A DNA stretch of 63,784 nucleotides, filler included, from Collodictyon triciliatum (taxonomy: Eukaryota), in NCBI GenBank assembly GCA_043381765.1. It is 6 parts of 6 records of this genome, joined end to end, with 100 filler letters (N's around TTAATTAATTAA, not from the genome) between each part and the next. Parts side by side here need not be neighbours in the genome. Positions count along the whole stretch, not along the records: positions 23,879 to 35,714 come from JBHJMP010002300.1; positions 35,815 to 47,657 come from JBHJMP010002301.1; 4 more parts are not named here. One strand, given 5' to 3'. The notes beneath the pieces are model-generated. The model searched no databases. It had not been told where the DNA came from and saw nothing but the letters and a program-made list of their open reading frames with translations. Shown piece after piece: positions 24,062-37,789 of this stretch. Numbering within the stretch: position 1 is the first letter of the stretch; the number at the start of each line of letters is the position of its first letter. The position numbers and the translations under genes are program-made.

Positions 24062-27000
24062 ATGTCACGAGAAACTTGGCTCCCTATTCATGCGGTCGAG
24101 CTCTGCACTATCCTCCACTACCCAACGACCAACATACCATCTTCGCCCGAACATTTTTCTGATGGTAGATGCATATCCTATGTATATAGTTTTTTTGTTA
24201 CTTTTTTTTTAATTCATTTAATTAAATGATTATCAAAAACCATCTCAGAAAACTGTGCCTCTCTCTGGAAGCTAATTATGTCTCAAGCAAATCTACTGCG
24301 TTCAGGAAAATATGAAGAGGTTCAGCGCTCTTTAACCTCCCTTTACCCCATCTGTTGAATGCAAAAGCTTTTTAACATGAAAATTGAAGAAGACAATAAA
24401 AGTGGTCAGGCAGTCGCTCAACCATCGTGATTACAGATTACAAACCATTTTCCACTAATATGCCTGCATCGCAAATTAATCAATGACTTTTCTTCACTCT
24501 TGCGTAGGTCTGGGCTCTCCCTGGCGCGTTTGATCCTCGCATCCCCAGCCAGGAGGAAATGTCTATAAAGATTGTGTCAAGTATGCACATATTCCTATAG
24601 ACCGTAGTCATATTAAATAAATGCAATTTGATAACCGTAACCGTAACCGTAATCGTAATCGTAATCGTAATCGTAATCGTAATCGTAATCGTAATCGTAA
24701 TCGTAATCGTAATCGTTATCGTAATTGTGATGACGATGCTCTCTTTTCTCCATCTCTCAAGAAATTTTCTCATATAGATAGACTTGGATTTAAGTTGTCT
24801 GCTTTCTTGGAAGGCCCAGAAGAGCTCGAGAGAAGCCCCCACAACAAAGGTGCGTGTATGCTTTGTTCCAATATCCACCCGCTGCTTCCGTTGAATGACT
24901 TCAGTTTTTCACAGTATCATTCCGGCCTGAGATGTTCAATTCTGTTATTAAATATCTATTTCTCTTATTTTTATTAATTTTTTTTTTTTTACAATTGTTC
25001 CAAGCTAACATTTCTATTCTTCTTGTCGATTATGAAGATTTGTTCCTCCTGCGAGCAACATCAGCTATGATGTCTACCGTAGCATTGATATATGTCTACA
25101 CACAAACAAACCATACAGGTCAGTATATAAACTACATTTTCATATTAATACTTGTGTTTCAGGATCATCTTTCTCACTTTTTTTTAAAAAATAAATGGTT
25201 TCGGCACATTTCCATGCTTACAATATGCTATGTGTAATCACCCACATAACTAACGAAATGCATTCACCAGGCCCGGATTTTAATGTAACTGAAGCTACGG
25301 TATCAGCATATGCATCCAATGAGGATGTCCTGGAGGTTGCATGTCTTTTGAACAAATAGTGTAGCATATTGCACTTCCATGTGAAGAGCCTGTTTCATGG
25401 CTTAAGCATTTACCATTATGTACATATATGTCTAAAATCCAGGAACTCTCTATCGACGGAGAACGCTCCTTCCGATTTGCAAAATTTCCAAATCTTTTAT
25501 ATGGTGCTAGGACGATCTTAGAGTCTATTTCAACATTTTCGGCTTACAGACAATCAATTGTATATCAAAATGCTTTCATATTATTCCCACATTGGTTTTG
25601 GTTGCATGCAAATAATTCAAGTGCACTTTATTTTCTGTGTTTTTTTTTTTTTTGTAATAAACCCGTTTTAAAGAGAGGAAAAGGAACCCAAATGGGCATT
25701 CAATCATATTATGAATAAAATATACAAAAGGCTCTCTCTTGGTGGACCGGTCGATGCAGTTCACTTCACATGGGTCTTTTTGAAGAAGTCTCTCCGACTC
25801 TCTCCGAAATTACTATTAACAGTTTGGAAACAACACTGCATAAGATTAAAATTCTTTGCGACGGCAAGTTTTTTTTTTTTTTGTTGTTGTTGTTGTTCCT
25901 TCCGCTTGATTGAATTTTGAATGAAAAAAACATGAAAATTATATTATTTGACTACATTTCTTTACTTTAGATGTAGTCGAATTCACAAGAATACTCATCT
26001 TCGCTATATTTCTTGTTCCTTACCAACTCCAACAGAACCTCCTTCGTCAGCATTAAATGATTATCTGAAGAATGGCGATCAATCGGAGGTTCTGGCTCCG
26101 AGAAAACTTGGGGAAACAGCCGCATTCAGGTTTTACGGCTTCCAAACATATACAATAGTAGCAAAGTGATTTTTACCATACCGCACATTAGACATTTGCC
26201 GAGCGTGACCTAATATATGTATTTATTCCCAGTGAATTATTGGCAAGGATTCACATCGAAATTGGTATTTTTCATCGAAATCACTTTAACAGTGACTCGG
26301 CCATGGTATAGAACTCAAAGACAATCAAACACCACAACGAAGACTACCATAATTTTTTTATTTGCAATTAAGCTAATACTTCTATTATATACCATTTGCT
26401 CTATAATACATCCATAAATTTCTTTCTTTTCTAATTTCCTTTATATTATTAATATTATTCAGAAAGCTTTTTCCGAAGCTAAGAAAGCACGTGGGATTGA
26501 TATCGAAATGACGGGTGTTCTTGGTATTCGCATGAGGTACCAGACGTTTCAAGTCAGCCAGCTTATCCTCAAGGCCCGACCTAAGCTAAACGCTGAAGAC
26601 GAAGCAGGTATGTTTGTTTCTCGTTGATTTCTCTGTTTTATTTATTGAAATATGTGCACCGATTTTTAGAAAATATGTTTCAGGTGTTATTGCAATTTAT
26701 TTTTATTTTATTTTCTTAACCAAGCTATCGTTAAATTTCAGCATAAAAGTAAAGCAATCGAGGAAATTAGCAACTGAAAAGAAAGAAAGAAAAGTACAAA
26801 CAACCTTTTATTTAGAATCGGCCCCTTATGAGCAGCCATTGGACCATCCGGACCTTTTACCGGCACCTAAGTTAGAGACAAGTGACGAGGAGGAAAACCT
26901 CCACCCAATCGACCAATCCATCATTCTATCGCTTTGGTAATGAGAAAAGGAAAAGGAAAAGAAAAGAAAATAGTTGGCTGAATCACTATGCTTAAATAAC

Positions 27001-29470
27001 CTTGTGGTTCGTTTAGAATTTGTAGTTTAACACCTACTTACATTTTATTTTTTTTCTTCTCGATGGTTGCTTCGTATATAGTTTGGATGTGAAAAGCCGC
27101 AATCCCAGTGACGTCTTGACAAATGAAGAAATGATGCCTTATGTTCGACGCGTCATGAAAAATCCTAATAACTGGATGGTGCACTCCATGACGTTGCTCA
27201 TTAAGAGTCGGTTGGAGGGGAAAAGGACGAAAACGGTCGAACGCTCTGTTTTACAGATTCAGGTTTGATATCATATCGCTATCTATTTTTGAATTGTAAT
27301 GAGGTTGATTTGTCTTCCATGAACCATTTCTGTGGCTTTTCATCATAGGAATATTTTTACTTTGTAATCGCTTTTTACTTATCAACGACGAACTTAAGGC
27401 CCTTGTAGACCAACACAACGACAAGGATGTGCCTGGATACGAAAGATTACGGTTGGATTTCAATTATTCTTTTATTACGTCTATGAAACGTGATCTATTT
27501 AGTTAAGGAACAGATGGATTGAGCGCATTTACAACAGATTTGTATTTAACCTTGCATACCCGAATCGATGGGAGCTAAAGAGAGAGCTGGGTCAATCTTT
27601 CTTGAGCCTTGGTGTTGCTCGTTCTGCTCTTCAGCAATTTCAAGTATTTGAAATATTTTTATTCTACTCTTGTTTTGTTTCCTGAATACCTTTTTCCCTT
27701 CCTTTCCTAGTATTATTATTCACTTATTTTGATGAACTTATTTGTGTGCTAGGAATATGAAATGTGGTCCGAGATTGTGCAGTGCTACAGAGTTATGGAA
27801 CAAGAGAGAAAAGTATATATTTATATCAACTTATACTCGCGAATAAATCACGCATCGAAAAATATTTTTCAAATTTCCAATCAATCAGGCTGAAGAAGTT
27901 GTCCGAAAACAGCTGGACCTAAAACCAACTCCGGAGCTTTGGTGTATTCTTGGAGAACTAACCAGTTATTTTCCTTCATTTTTCTTGCTTTAAACAAAAT
28001 ACCGAAAGTCTTTTGTATTCACCACTTTTTTTTGTATTTAAATATAATTTCATACTAGCATGTGAAGAGCGAATCATATGTTTTTGATTTCTCTTCTCAT
28101 TCATCATATGTATTGAATTTTTGCAAATCTGGTTTTGTCAAATGAATCTCTTTCCTCTCTTTTTTGTGTCCACGAGATTATTTTTCAAAAAAACAAAATA
28201 AATAAATTCAAAAAAAATAACCTAGATGATGAAAGCTGCTTCGAGAAATCGTGGGAACTTTCAGGACACCGCTATTCTAAGTGTCAGAGATTCTGGGCTC
28301 GTCACCTCTTACTGAAAGGAAAAGTAAGACAAAAGCATGCGATTCATTTATATCACAACCTATGCCCTGGGACTAACACCAAGCTCTCAACTTCCTATAT
28401 AATACACGCAGTATGAAGAATGCATACCCCATTTTGAAATCGCTCTGAAAATCAATCCGATGTTTCCCATGACATGGTTTTCATTGGGTTGCGCTGCTAT
28501 GAGAGTTCCAGGGCAATTGGACAAAGCCTCGAATGCATTCACACGAGTTATCCAGCAGGAACCCGAGGTTAAAACACCAACGAAATTGCTCAAATCGAAA
28601 ATAGCGAACTATATATATGTTGTTTTCATAGCAGGTTTTTATATGAAGACGAAAAGCAGTAATCATAGTTTCAACTTTGACTGAATTTAAAATAAATATA
28701 ATTATTATAGGACGGAGAAGCCTGGTGCAATCTGGCATCAGTCTTTGTAAAACAAGAGAAACTGTAAGGATTCGCATTTTACCCAGAGGTGTGCAATAAG
28801 ACTAATTTTAATACACGTAAAAAGGACTGAAGCATGGCATGCTCTCCGTGAGGCACTAAAGCACAAGAGACAAAGTTGGAAGATTTGGCAGAACTTTATG
28901 TACATTTCAATAGTGAGTTCTTCCCATGATTCGACGTAGGGTTTTGAATACTTCCAGGCCTTACTTTGCTTCCTTTTGGCTCACATCAAATTCGCAAATT
29001 ATGATTTTTTAAAATGAAGTACATTTCAAACGACAAATGCCATTTCCTCTTAATCTTAAAATAGTTCGAATATCACCGTCGCTTACATTTTACCATTCCA
29101 GGATATCGGTGAATACTCTCAGGCTGTTTTGGCTTATGAGAGCATTCTTGACTTGCGAGAAAAAGAAGGTGTTGACTCTAAGGTAAATCTTAATATCTCG
29201 AGGCCATTTGACTAAGGAATGTACATATTCCTTGGGTTTTTTTCAAATATTCTTTTCTTCAAAAAAAAAAAAGAATTTTTTTTCGTAATTGAAGCAATAT
29301 TTTCTTTAGATATTGAGTATGCTTGTGACGGTTGCCGTCGACTTCCACAGAAAAAAGCACCAAGGATACGAACGATATGTACAATCTGTTTTGGCTCTTC
29401 TTGGAAAAATATGCTCCAAGGTATTTATATCCTGGCAATCTTTTCTGTCCAAGCTGCTTTGTGTGCAAAA

Positions 29471-29504
<34 letters not shown>

Positions 29505-30570
29505 GAACCCGTGTCACTCACGTCCTAAAGAGCGCGAATCTTCTTTCCTTCATTCTTTCAATTAATCATTATATCTTTTGTTTGTTTTCTCCTCCTTTTT
29601 AATAGTTTCCTTTCCTTTCCTTTCCTTTCCTTTCCTTTCCTTTCCTTTCCTTTCCTTTCCTTTCCTTTCATTTCATTTTGATCCTCATATTTTGGCGACC
29701 TTGACTTCTAATGGGATGAGTTTGTCAGGTCAGCACAAATGCTGAAGTCTGGGATGTGTACTCTAAGCTTCATTACGAACTAGGAAACCACGAGAAGGTT
29801 TGATTCTATGATGCTTCTTGGAGCAAATCGCCTGAAATATCTTCAAATTCAATGGATATATATGCACATATATATTGGTGTGTTGGAACGCGTCATCATA
29901 GGCAAATAACGATAACTCTTCTTTCATGTACATATTGACGCACACGGCTCGTCGTTGGCACAGGGGAAAGATTGTCTCCTGCGAAAATACCGCGCCCTAA
30001 CAGTGACTGGCTGGGACACAGACCCCGCACTTCTCCAAAAGGTTGTTGACGGCCTCCGACAATTGACCGATGCATACATGAAGCACCCAGTTTCGTCTGA
30101 GTTGAAGTCCCTCGACACTATTCTACGCTCCGCCTTGAAGAGAATCGAAGTATTTATTACATATATTACTATGATTATTGCCATCTTTAGCGCGTTTTCC
30201 TTTGCTTCTTCTGCAAATTCACGGCGCCTTTTTTATTTAATTTCTGCCTCTTTATGTACTCATATTATTGTTATTTTTTAGCTTGTGACTGAAAAACACA
30301 ACAAATATGATTCAATAAGCGTCCTTTTAAATCTTCTTTGCAATAATATCATAAAATAATCACAAAATCCAGCACATTTAGAGCACAACAACCCGCCGTC
30401 TCAGTTTTTTTTTTTTTTTATTATTATTATTCCTTCCCATCAACCCGCTTTCTCATCATATTTGCATCCACACTCACCCGTGTGTGCATTAGCCCACGTT
30501 CAAGGAAGCGTCCGACTACAGCAGAATCCAGGAAATGCTCGACGATGTTTCACAGTCCGTTCAAAACTGA
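24062..30570 (+). CDS. TTC27: Tetratricopeptide repeat protein 27 (yeast EMW1), many exons
   Basis: NWMVHSMTLLIKSRLE..TVERSVLQIQ; RWELKRELGQSFLSLGVARSAL; LWCILGEL..DESCFEKSWELSGHR; TWFSLGCAA; EAWCNLA. Confidence 0.9.
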
Positions 30571-31069
30571 GGATTTGATGTGTTTGGGAATAAACTCGGT
30601 TCACAATCTTAAAAATAATAATAATAAAATAATTGCTGGCATGAGTTATCGCATAATTATTATTATTATTTTTTTGGATATTCGTGTCATTTGATGCATA
30701 TTTCAAAGGCGATGACAAAGAATTGCGCTTGAATCAAATCACAATATCATGTCTTTCTAGAATACACAAGAGGAAGAAAGGCGATTCGTTTTAATGAATC
30801 CTGACATTCTCGTGCAAATTGATGACACTTTATCATCATGGCCAAAATAAAAAAAAATCAACATATGTGTGAATTTTTTTAATATGTATATGTTTATTCT
30901 TCAACTCTGCGTTCCTCAGCTTCTTTTCTTTCCTTCCCTTTTTTGTTTTTTCTTTCTTTTAGATTTTTTGATAAAGAAAAAAGTAAGGGAACATGAATGA
31001 ATTGCAATAGGCTTTAAGGATTCCGTGCTGGAAAAACGGGGTCAGAAGAATGTGTGCAGCCGGTGGGCG

Positions 31070-33046
31070 CTAGTCCAACTCGTCCTCATCATCGTGTGCC
31101 CCATGATTCTCATCAGATCCGTCATCACCCGAATCCGCATCGTCATCACCGTTCTCTCCCTGCGCAAAATGATTCTTATGAGCGGAAACAACTCCTGATC
31201 AAAAGGCAAGAACATGAACCAAAACCAAGAACAAAGATAAGATAGGAAAAGAAAATATTCGCCAGAAGCGCAGCGGAGCTGTATGTTGTGATGCTCAAGA
31301 AGCACGCTGTATATGCAATATATAATCGCAATCATACAGAAATACATAAAATCAAAAGAGAAAAGAAAAGAAAAAGGGCCATCATTCTCTTTTATCATCA
31401 GAGAAACAGAACGTTCTGGGTGCGTTACATACCGCGGTGTGGTACTTGAGAGGATTCGGCCAAACATCCTCCTTTAGAATCTCTGCAAGATCGATTTCCT
31501 GGTCGGACTCATCAAACCACAGAAAGAATGATTGGCTCTCGGTCGAACGTTTCTTGGATTTTGATGATGCTCCGGTTGATGGCTCCGTAAGATTCTGAAG
31601 GCCGATTAGTTTTAATTTTTGTTTTGTTAAAATAAAAAAAAAAGTGTACATAACCCGCCAGAAAACTTCGACAATCACTTATCTTAATAATGTGTATTCA
31701 TGAATATTAATTACATATTCAGATTTTATAACGAGAGAAAGCTGATTCACAAAAACAAAACAAAAAAAAGGAGTGATTTAATATATTTCATGTCCATAGC
31801 GTGGAAGCAGTTCTCACTGTTCGAAAGCGCTTACACGGTACATCAACTGGAGCAAGCGAAATAGAGCCACAACCATAAAAAAAAATAAAATAAAGAGATA
31901 AAGATACAACAAGAAAAATTGGAATAAAACTGCAAACCTTTCCTGGCTTCCAAAGAATCTTTGTCGGGGTTACCTGGAGCACACCGTCGGGACTGTATTT
32001 GAATTCTTTACAAAGGACGTCGTTTGCAAAGTACGGATTCGGGGAGAATCTCTAATCCAAAAATGAAAATAAAAACAAGGAATAAATAAATAAAATTGTG
32101 AATGAAATGACATTCCACAGCGTGTTCACAACGATGTGTTTGTTGATGGTATCCAACTGGGTGTATCCCTTTCATGAATACATAAATGGATTCTTTTGTG
32201 ATATTGCCCAGGCGTGCGCGTATCAGACCATTTTTATCCTGAATCCTGACTTGACATCTTCAAAGTCCTCCACTTCAAGATCCACCAGATGCGAGAACAC
32301 CTCGAGGTCTTCTCCTTCCAGCAGTCCATAAAGCAGGTCGTGGTTGGTGAACTAGTCGTGGTCCGTCGCAAATGTGCACGTATTGTCAAGGAGCTTGTCA
32401 TTCAACCGACTCAAAGTTACAACATGATACCAGAGACAACTTGGACGAAAGATAAAAGAAAACATATAAAAACATAAAAGCATATAAAAACATATAAAAG
32501 CATTTGAAAACATATATAAACATTTATAAACATACGAAAACATATAAAAACGTATAAAATCACATTTGAAAACATTTGAAAACATATATAAACATTTAAA
32601 ATCATATGAAAACTTATAAAATCACATAAAATCAGAAGAAAAGAAAACAGTATGAAGCAAAGTATAATAAAGATAATATAACGTATATTAAAAAGAGAGA
32701 GAAAAGCAGAAATAAAATAAATAATATAGACGCATTGACAAATGCAAGTATGTATCCACAAAGAAACAAGAGCCTCCTCTACAAGCCGACGGCAGGATAC
32801 CACACGCTTCCAAAAGTTTGGGATTCTTGCGATGAGCTCGGAGCGCCGCTGATAATGCGGTTGTCTGCGGAGATTGTAGTGGCGTTCGATCTCGACGATC
32901 TTTTCGGAGGCCTCTTCGTTGAGCCGCTCGATCTCCTGCTGCACTCTCAACACCTGCTTCAGCTGCTCGGCTTCCTGCTCGGCCTCACCCGCCTCCGTCT
33001 CGGCCTCGCCTCGTTTCTCCACACGGGGGGTCTTTGCGTGGCTCAT
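31070..33046 (-). CDS. Nucleosome assembly protein, SET/NRP-like histone chaperone
   Basis: [64 protein letters not shown]; acidic tail. Confidence 0.92.
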
Positions 33047-33695
33047 CTTCGGCTCTTTGTGGCTTCCGTCGTTTTCTTTGCGTTCTTCTTTTTTGGATAT
33101 CCTTCTTGAAGGGGCGCGGAGTAGGTTAGTTCAATAGCGTTTTAAGATAAAGAACAAAATGAAAAAAAAAATGAAAATGAAAAAGAAAGAAACGGCAGAG
33201 AAAAGAAGGTAAACGTAGAGTGGTTGGCTCACAAAGGGAGTCTTGTGTGTGCGGTTCATTTTATTTTTTAATATATATTTATTTTGCAAGCAGAATCAAA
33301 TTAAATGGAAGGATTAAAGAAAACAGACATTGCGCGAAGAACGCACACAAAGGAAACAATTACTCGCGTTTGTTGGTGTGGGCACAAAAGAAAAAAGAAA
33401 AAAGAAAAAAGAAAAAGAAAAAATAAAAATAAAAAATAAAAAAAACAAAAACAAAACAAAACAAAACAAGAATAGATATAAATAAAATAAAGAAAAAAGC
33501 TCAATAACGATTAGATAAGAAAATTAAAAAAAGGGAGAATGATTGTATCGCTGAGAAAGCCAACCCAATCAACGCTGTTTCTTTTTTCCCTCTCTTTTTC
33601 CCTCTCTTTCCTTTTTTACCTCCTCTCCTTCTTTTCCCAAGGAGGGTCATAAATAATGGATGTCTTTCGAATGGCCGTAAGCAACCGTGCCCATC

Positions 33696-35714
33696 TCACA
33701 AAGGAAAGCCCAGGCGCTGCTTGAGAAAGGGCACAAAGCGGTGAATCTTGTTCTTGGACTTTGGCAGCAACATCGAGCGCCGAACGCCGATGTCCCACAT
33801 CCTCTTGACATCCTTTTCCGAGCGGGACAGCATTCTCCCTGCCGTGTCTCCCATCCTCTTAACGCGAAAGTCGTTCCAGAATCCATACCGGTAGTGATAA
33901 AGAGTCAAGTGTGCGGACGTAAACACCGACGCGTACGAGTTCCTCAATCCAATATCTTTGTGCAGGCGAACTGCATGAGGCCCATATCCCTGGACTCCCG
34001 CAACATACTTTGGCTGGAACGTGGGCTTCGAGAGCCACCGAAAGGTCTTTGTGACATAGTGACACACCTCAAAGAGAAGCTTCGATGGCGGCAGCGCTCC
34101 TTGTCCACACGGGCCAAAGACCAACCACGGAGACGAAATGTATTCCTTGGTCGCATATTTCTCTGTGAGGAGCTCACGCACCGTTTCATAGGAGCCTCCA
34201 GGGACAAGATATTCGTCCACATCGATGAACGTCATCCACTTTGTAAATGCCCCGAAGCGGTGCGTGCAATCCGTTAGTGCCTCTGTTTGTGCATGTCGGT
34301 GCGGCCAGGCTACCCGCACGATGTATCTGTCGTAGTTTCTGATGACTTGCTCCATGACCCTGTCTGGTTCCACGTTGTTGTCATAGAGGACAAATCGAGC
34401 ATATCCCATCATAATGTGGTATTCTATCCAGGGCTGCAGATGTACGCCTTCGTTTTTTACGATGCTGCATATTGTCATCCTCACGTTCCCCATGTAGCTG
34501 TCTATGGACGGTACTATAATACGAAGAAGAAATGGGAGGGTATATATTTTGAAATCATAGGTCATTCTCATAACAGTGGTCGGCCTCATCAAATCTGCGT
34601 TTTGGGGAATGGGACAAAACGAAAAGCTTATGTCGCCAACTCTTGCTACTCTCTGCTCTGTGGCGTTTGTGAGTGGATTTTCAAAGACACAATAAATCTG
34701 ATTGCACTGGTTGGGGAAAATCTTTCTTGGAAAAAAGAATCCTACCACAATATACTCACTATTTTTACTGTCAAGAAATACTGACTTGATTTCAAACGGC
34801 CTGTGTGGCGTTATGACCAATCTAGACAGCATTTTGTTTACGCTTGCTAGCAGCTGTGTTCCTTCGCCTCTATCTTTTATCTTCTCCTTGTTTCTCGTGA
34901 GTAGACTCTTTGGCTTATTGCTATCACTGCTGACATTCGAAGGTATTTCAATCTTGACATCCCATTCGTTCATCGAGCTTCCTGAACAATCAGTACCTCC
35001 AGGCATGCTGCACATGCCTTTTGTAGGGGAGAGACATATGATTTGCTGTCTTTTGTACTCCTGCTCATAATCCGGGAAGGGGATACCATTTATCACCTTG
35101 CGGCGTTGTTTAGGTGATATGGAAAATAGTCCGGCTTCCAGTACTTGCTTGTGGAAACGACAAAGCATATCTGAATTACATGGCAGGGAAACTGTCGGGA
35201 ATTCTATCATAAACTCGACTTTCTGTGTGCAGTGCTTCGCACACGAGGGAATGTACGAACCGTTGACTATGTTTTGCTTTGCAACTGAGAAAGTGGTATC
35301 ATATCCTGTAATATTTGTTTTGAAGTTGAAGGTCACTGGTGTCGCTGGTTCGGCTGTGTCTGTGCATATGATAAAATATAAACAAAAAGAGAAATGCTGA
35401 CGCTCTGTAAGCGGATTGCCTGATGAAGAATTATGTTTATGTTTTATGTTTTATGTTTTATGTTTTATGTTTTATGTTTTATGTTTTATGTTTTATGTTT
35501 TATGTTTTATGTTTTATGTTTTATGTTTTATGTTTTATGTTTTATGTTTTATGTTTATGTTTATGTTTATGTTTATGTTTATGTTTATGTTTATGTTTAT
35601 GTTTATGTTTATGTTTATGTTTCAAGAGCAAACCTTCACTCTCGATATTGTTGAGATCAGCAGGAAGGGGCACGGTGTTTCTCATGATGAACATGATAAC
35701 CCCACAGTGGAACG
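33696..35714 (-). CDS. Glycosyltransferase family 92 / DUF23 (GT-A fold) protein, 5' truncated at segment end
   Basis: ICSIVKNEGVHLQPWIEYH..GYARFVLYDN; QTEALTDC; WMTFIDVDEYLVP; LYHY. Confidence 0.85.
35433..35622. repeat. Compound (TTTTATG)n to (TTTATG)n microsatellite in an intron
   Basis: Direct reading of the sequence. Confidence 0.95.
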
Positions 35715-35814
35715 NNNNNNNNNNNNNNNNNNNNNNNNNNNNNNNNNNNNNNNNNNNNTTAATTAATTAANNNNNNNNNNNNNNNNNNNNNNNNNNNNNN
35801 NNNNNNNNNNNNNN
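35715..35814. other. Assembly linker
   Basis: 44N + TTAATTAATTAA + 44N. Confidence 0.97.
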
Positions 35815-35982
35815 TCATTTTTCATTTTTCATTTTTCATTTTTCATTTTTCATTTTTCATTTTTCATTTTTCATTTTTCATTTTTCATTTTTCATTTTTC
35901 ATTTTTTATTTTTCATTTTTTATTTTTCATTTTTTATTTTTTATTTTTTCATTTTGTTTTGGTTTTTTCTTTCTTTCATAAG

Positions 35983-36481
35983 TTGGAAGAGACGCAACGG
36001 CGAATCAGACAAAGTGTCAAACATAATGGAGTCAGAACTCGCTGCATTCGTCGAAAAGTACGTCGCAGAAGCGGCCGATGCTGACCAGCGAGCGATTAAG
36101 GTATTTGGATATTCAGAAAGTAAAATAAAATAAAAATAAAAAAACCTATTCCAAAAAAATACTACAATTGTTTTTGAATGTTTTAATACCACGTATATTT
36201 TACCAGGCACCTCTCATTTTTGAAGGAAAATCATGGCAAAAATTTAAATAAAATATATATAAACAAAAAAGAGAGCCGAGGCTGAAGCTGCATTTTTCAA
36301 GTTCAAGTATGAGCAAGAAAAACAGCGTGCTAACTTGGAGAAGAAATTGAGAAGGCAGTGCGAATCCACTATTGCATTGTTGAAAGAAAGAGAGGTTCGC
36401 AAGCTAGGTGCTTGGATATATACTTTAATGCTTTCATCTTTCTATGGCTTAACTGTTGATTTTGGAAACTAAGATTATTAC

Positions 36482-36574
<93 letters not shown>

Positions 36575-37597
36575 CATCATCATCATCATCATCATCATCT
36601 AATATTTCGTTCGTTTTCTGTCCTATTTCTTTGTCATCACCACGATGGATTCTCTATTTATTTATTCATTTAATTCCGGATATCAGGAAGCACGACACAG
36701 CTACTCCTCGCTCGACAGGCCATGGATTATGAACTTAATAAGTTTGTTGAATACCACAGAGACAAGAACGAATCCCACTTTGCAGAACGCCCTCATTGCC
36801 AAGTATTTATGATTCCACATCTACAAAAATATGATTGTGCATATTAATCAAGCTACACTTTATTTATCTGTTCTTATCTATTTTCATTAATTAGTACCAT
36901 CTGCCCGCTCAACTGCCCCACTGAACTCATCTCAACCCACCGGAAAATAGGCTTTTCGTGTGCAAGTCAGAAGTGCATCAGACCGCCGCAAAATCGCTGA
37001 TGAAGACATACTGGAACATTGGATTAATTGCCATCATATACACCTTTCTGAAAGGAACATTTCTGACACCATCTACACATCCAAACAAGAGCCAGTTGTG
37101 AAGGCAAAGTAATCATGTGCTCGATTTTATATCACACATCCAAGCGATGTGGTATTATCACAATTTTTCTTTTCCCCTTGTGGGACAGCTTTGATTACTT
37201 CACTTTATTATTCCACTCACGCATCCAATACTTTCTCAGAAGCATAGTGAAGGAAGCGATACCGAAACTCTCATCCAAACTCCGAGCGGCTGGACAACAA
37301 GTGGCTCTGAAGGAAGAAAAGACCGTTATTGTCCCGTCGTCTGTTTTGTCTGAGGTATATAAGATTCGACCGCCCCGAGTTCGCGATTACTCTGTGATAA
37401 TACATGCGACTGCGTTTATTGCTCTCTTTTTTCTTCTTTTTTCATATAAGCATATAACTCCAATCTGAAGCGAAATTGTATCGTTGACCAAAATGATGAT
37501 TTCAAATCTTTTCGCATTTATGTTCTTTTGGTTTGACTTTAGGTCGAAACGCTCGCGATGGTTACGTTTTTCCAAAGGCATCATTACGTTTGTGTGA
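35983..37597 (+). CDS. Hypothetical coiled-coil protein, ~6 exons, 5' end uncertain
   Basis: Phase-compatible exons: MESELAAFVEKYVAEAADADQRAIK, AEAEAAFFKFKYEQEKQRANLEKKLRR, ..., VETLAMVTFSKGIITFV*. Confidence 0.55.
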
Positions 37598-37789
37598 CAC
37601 AAGGAGAGGAAGTTAAAAATTCAAGCAACAAATAAGTGTGCGTAAAATGTAAGTTTTTTTTTCCCCGACGAATCAGTGGGTTTATGTCCTTCATTTAATT
37701 TTGATAGGTTGGTTTATTTTGTTTTTAGGATTGCATCTGTATACAATGAATCACCTAGGAGAGTGTCAAGAAGAAAATGAACGCCAATA

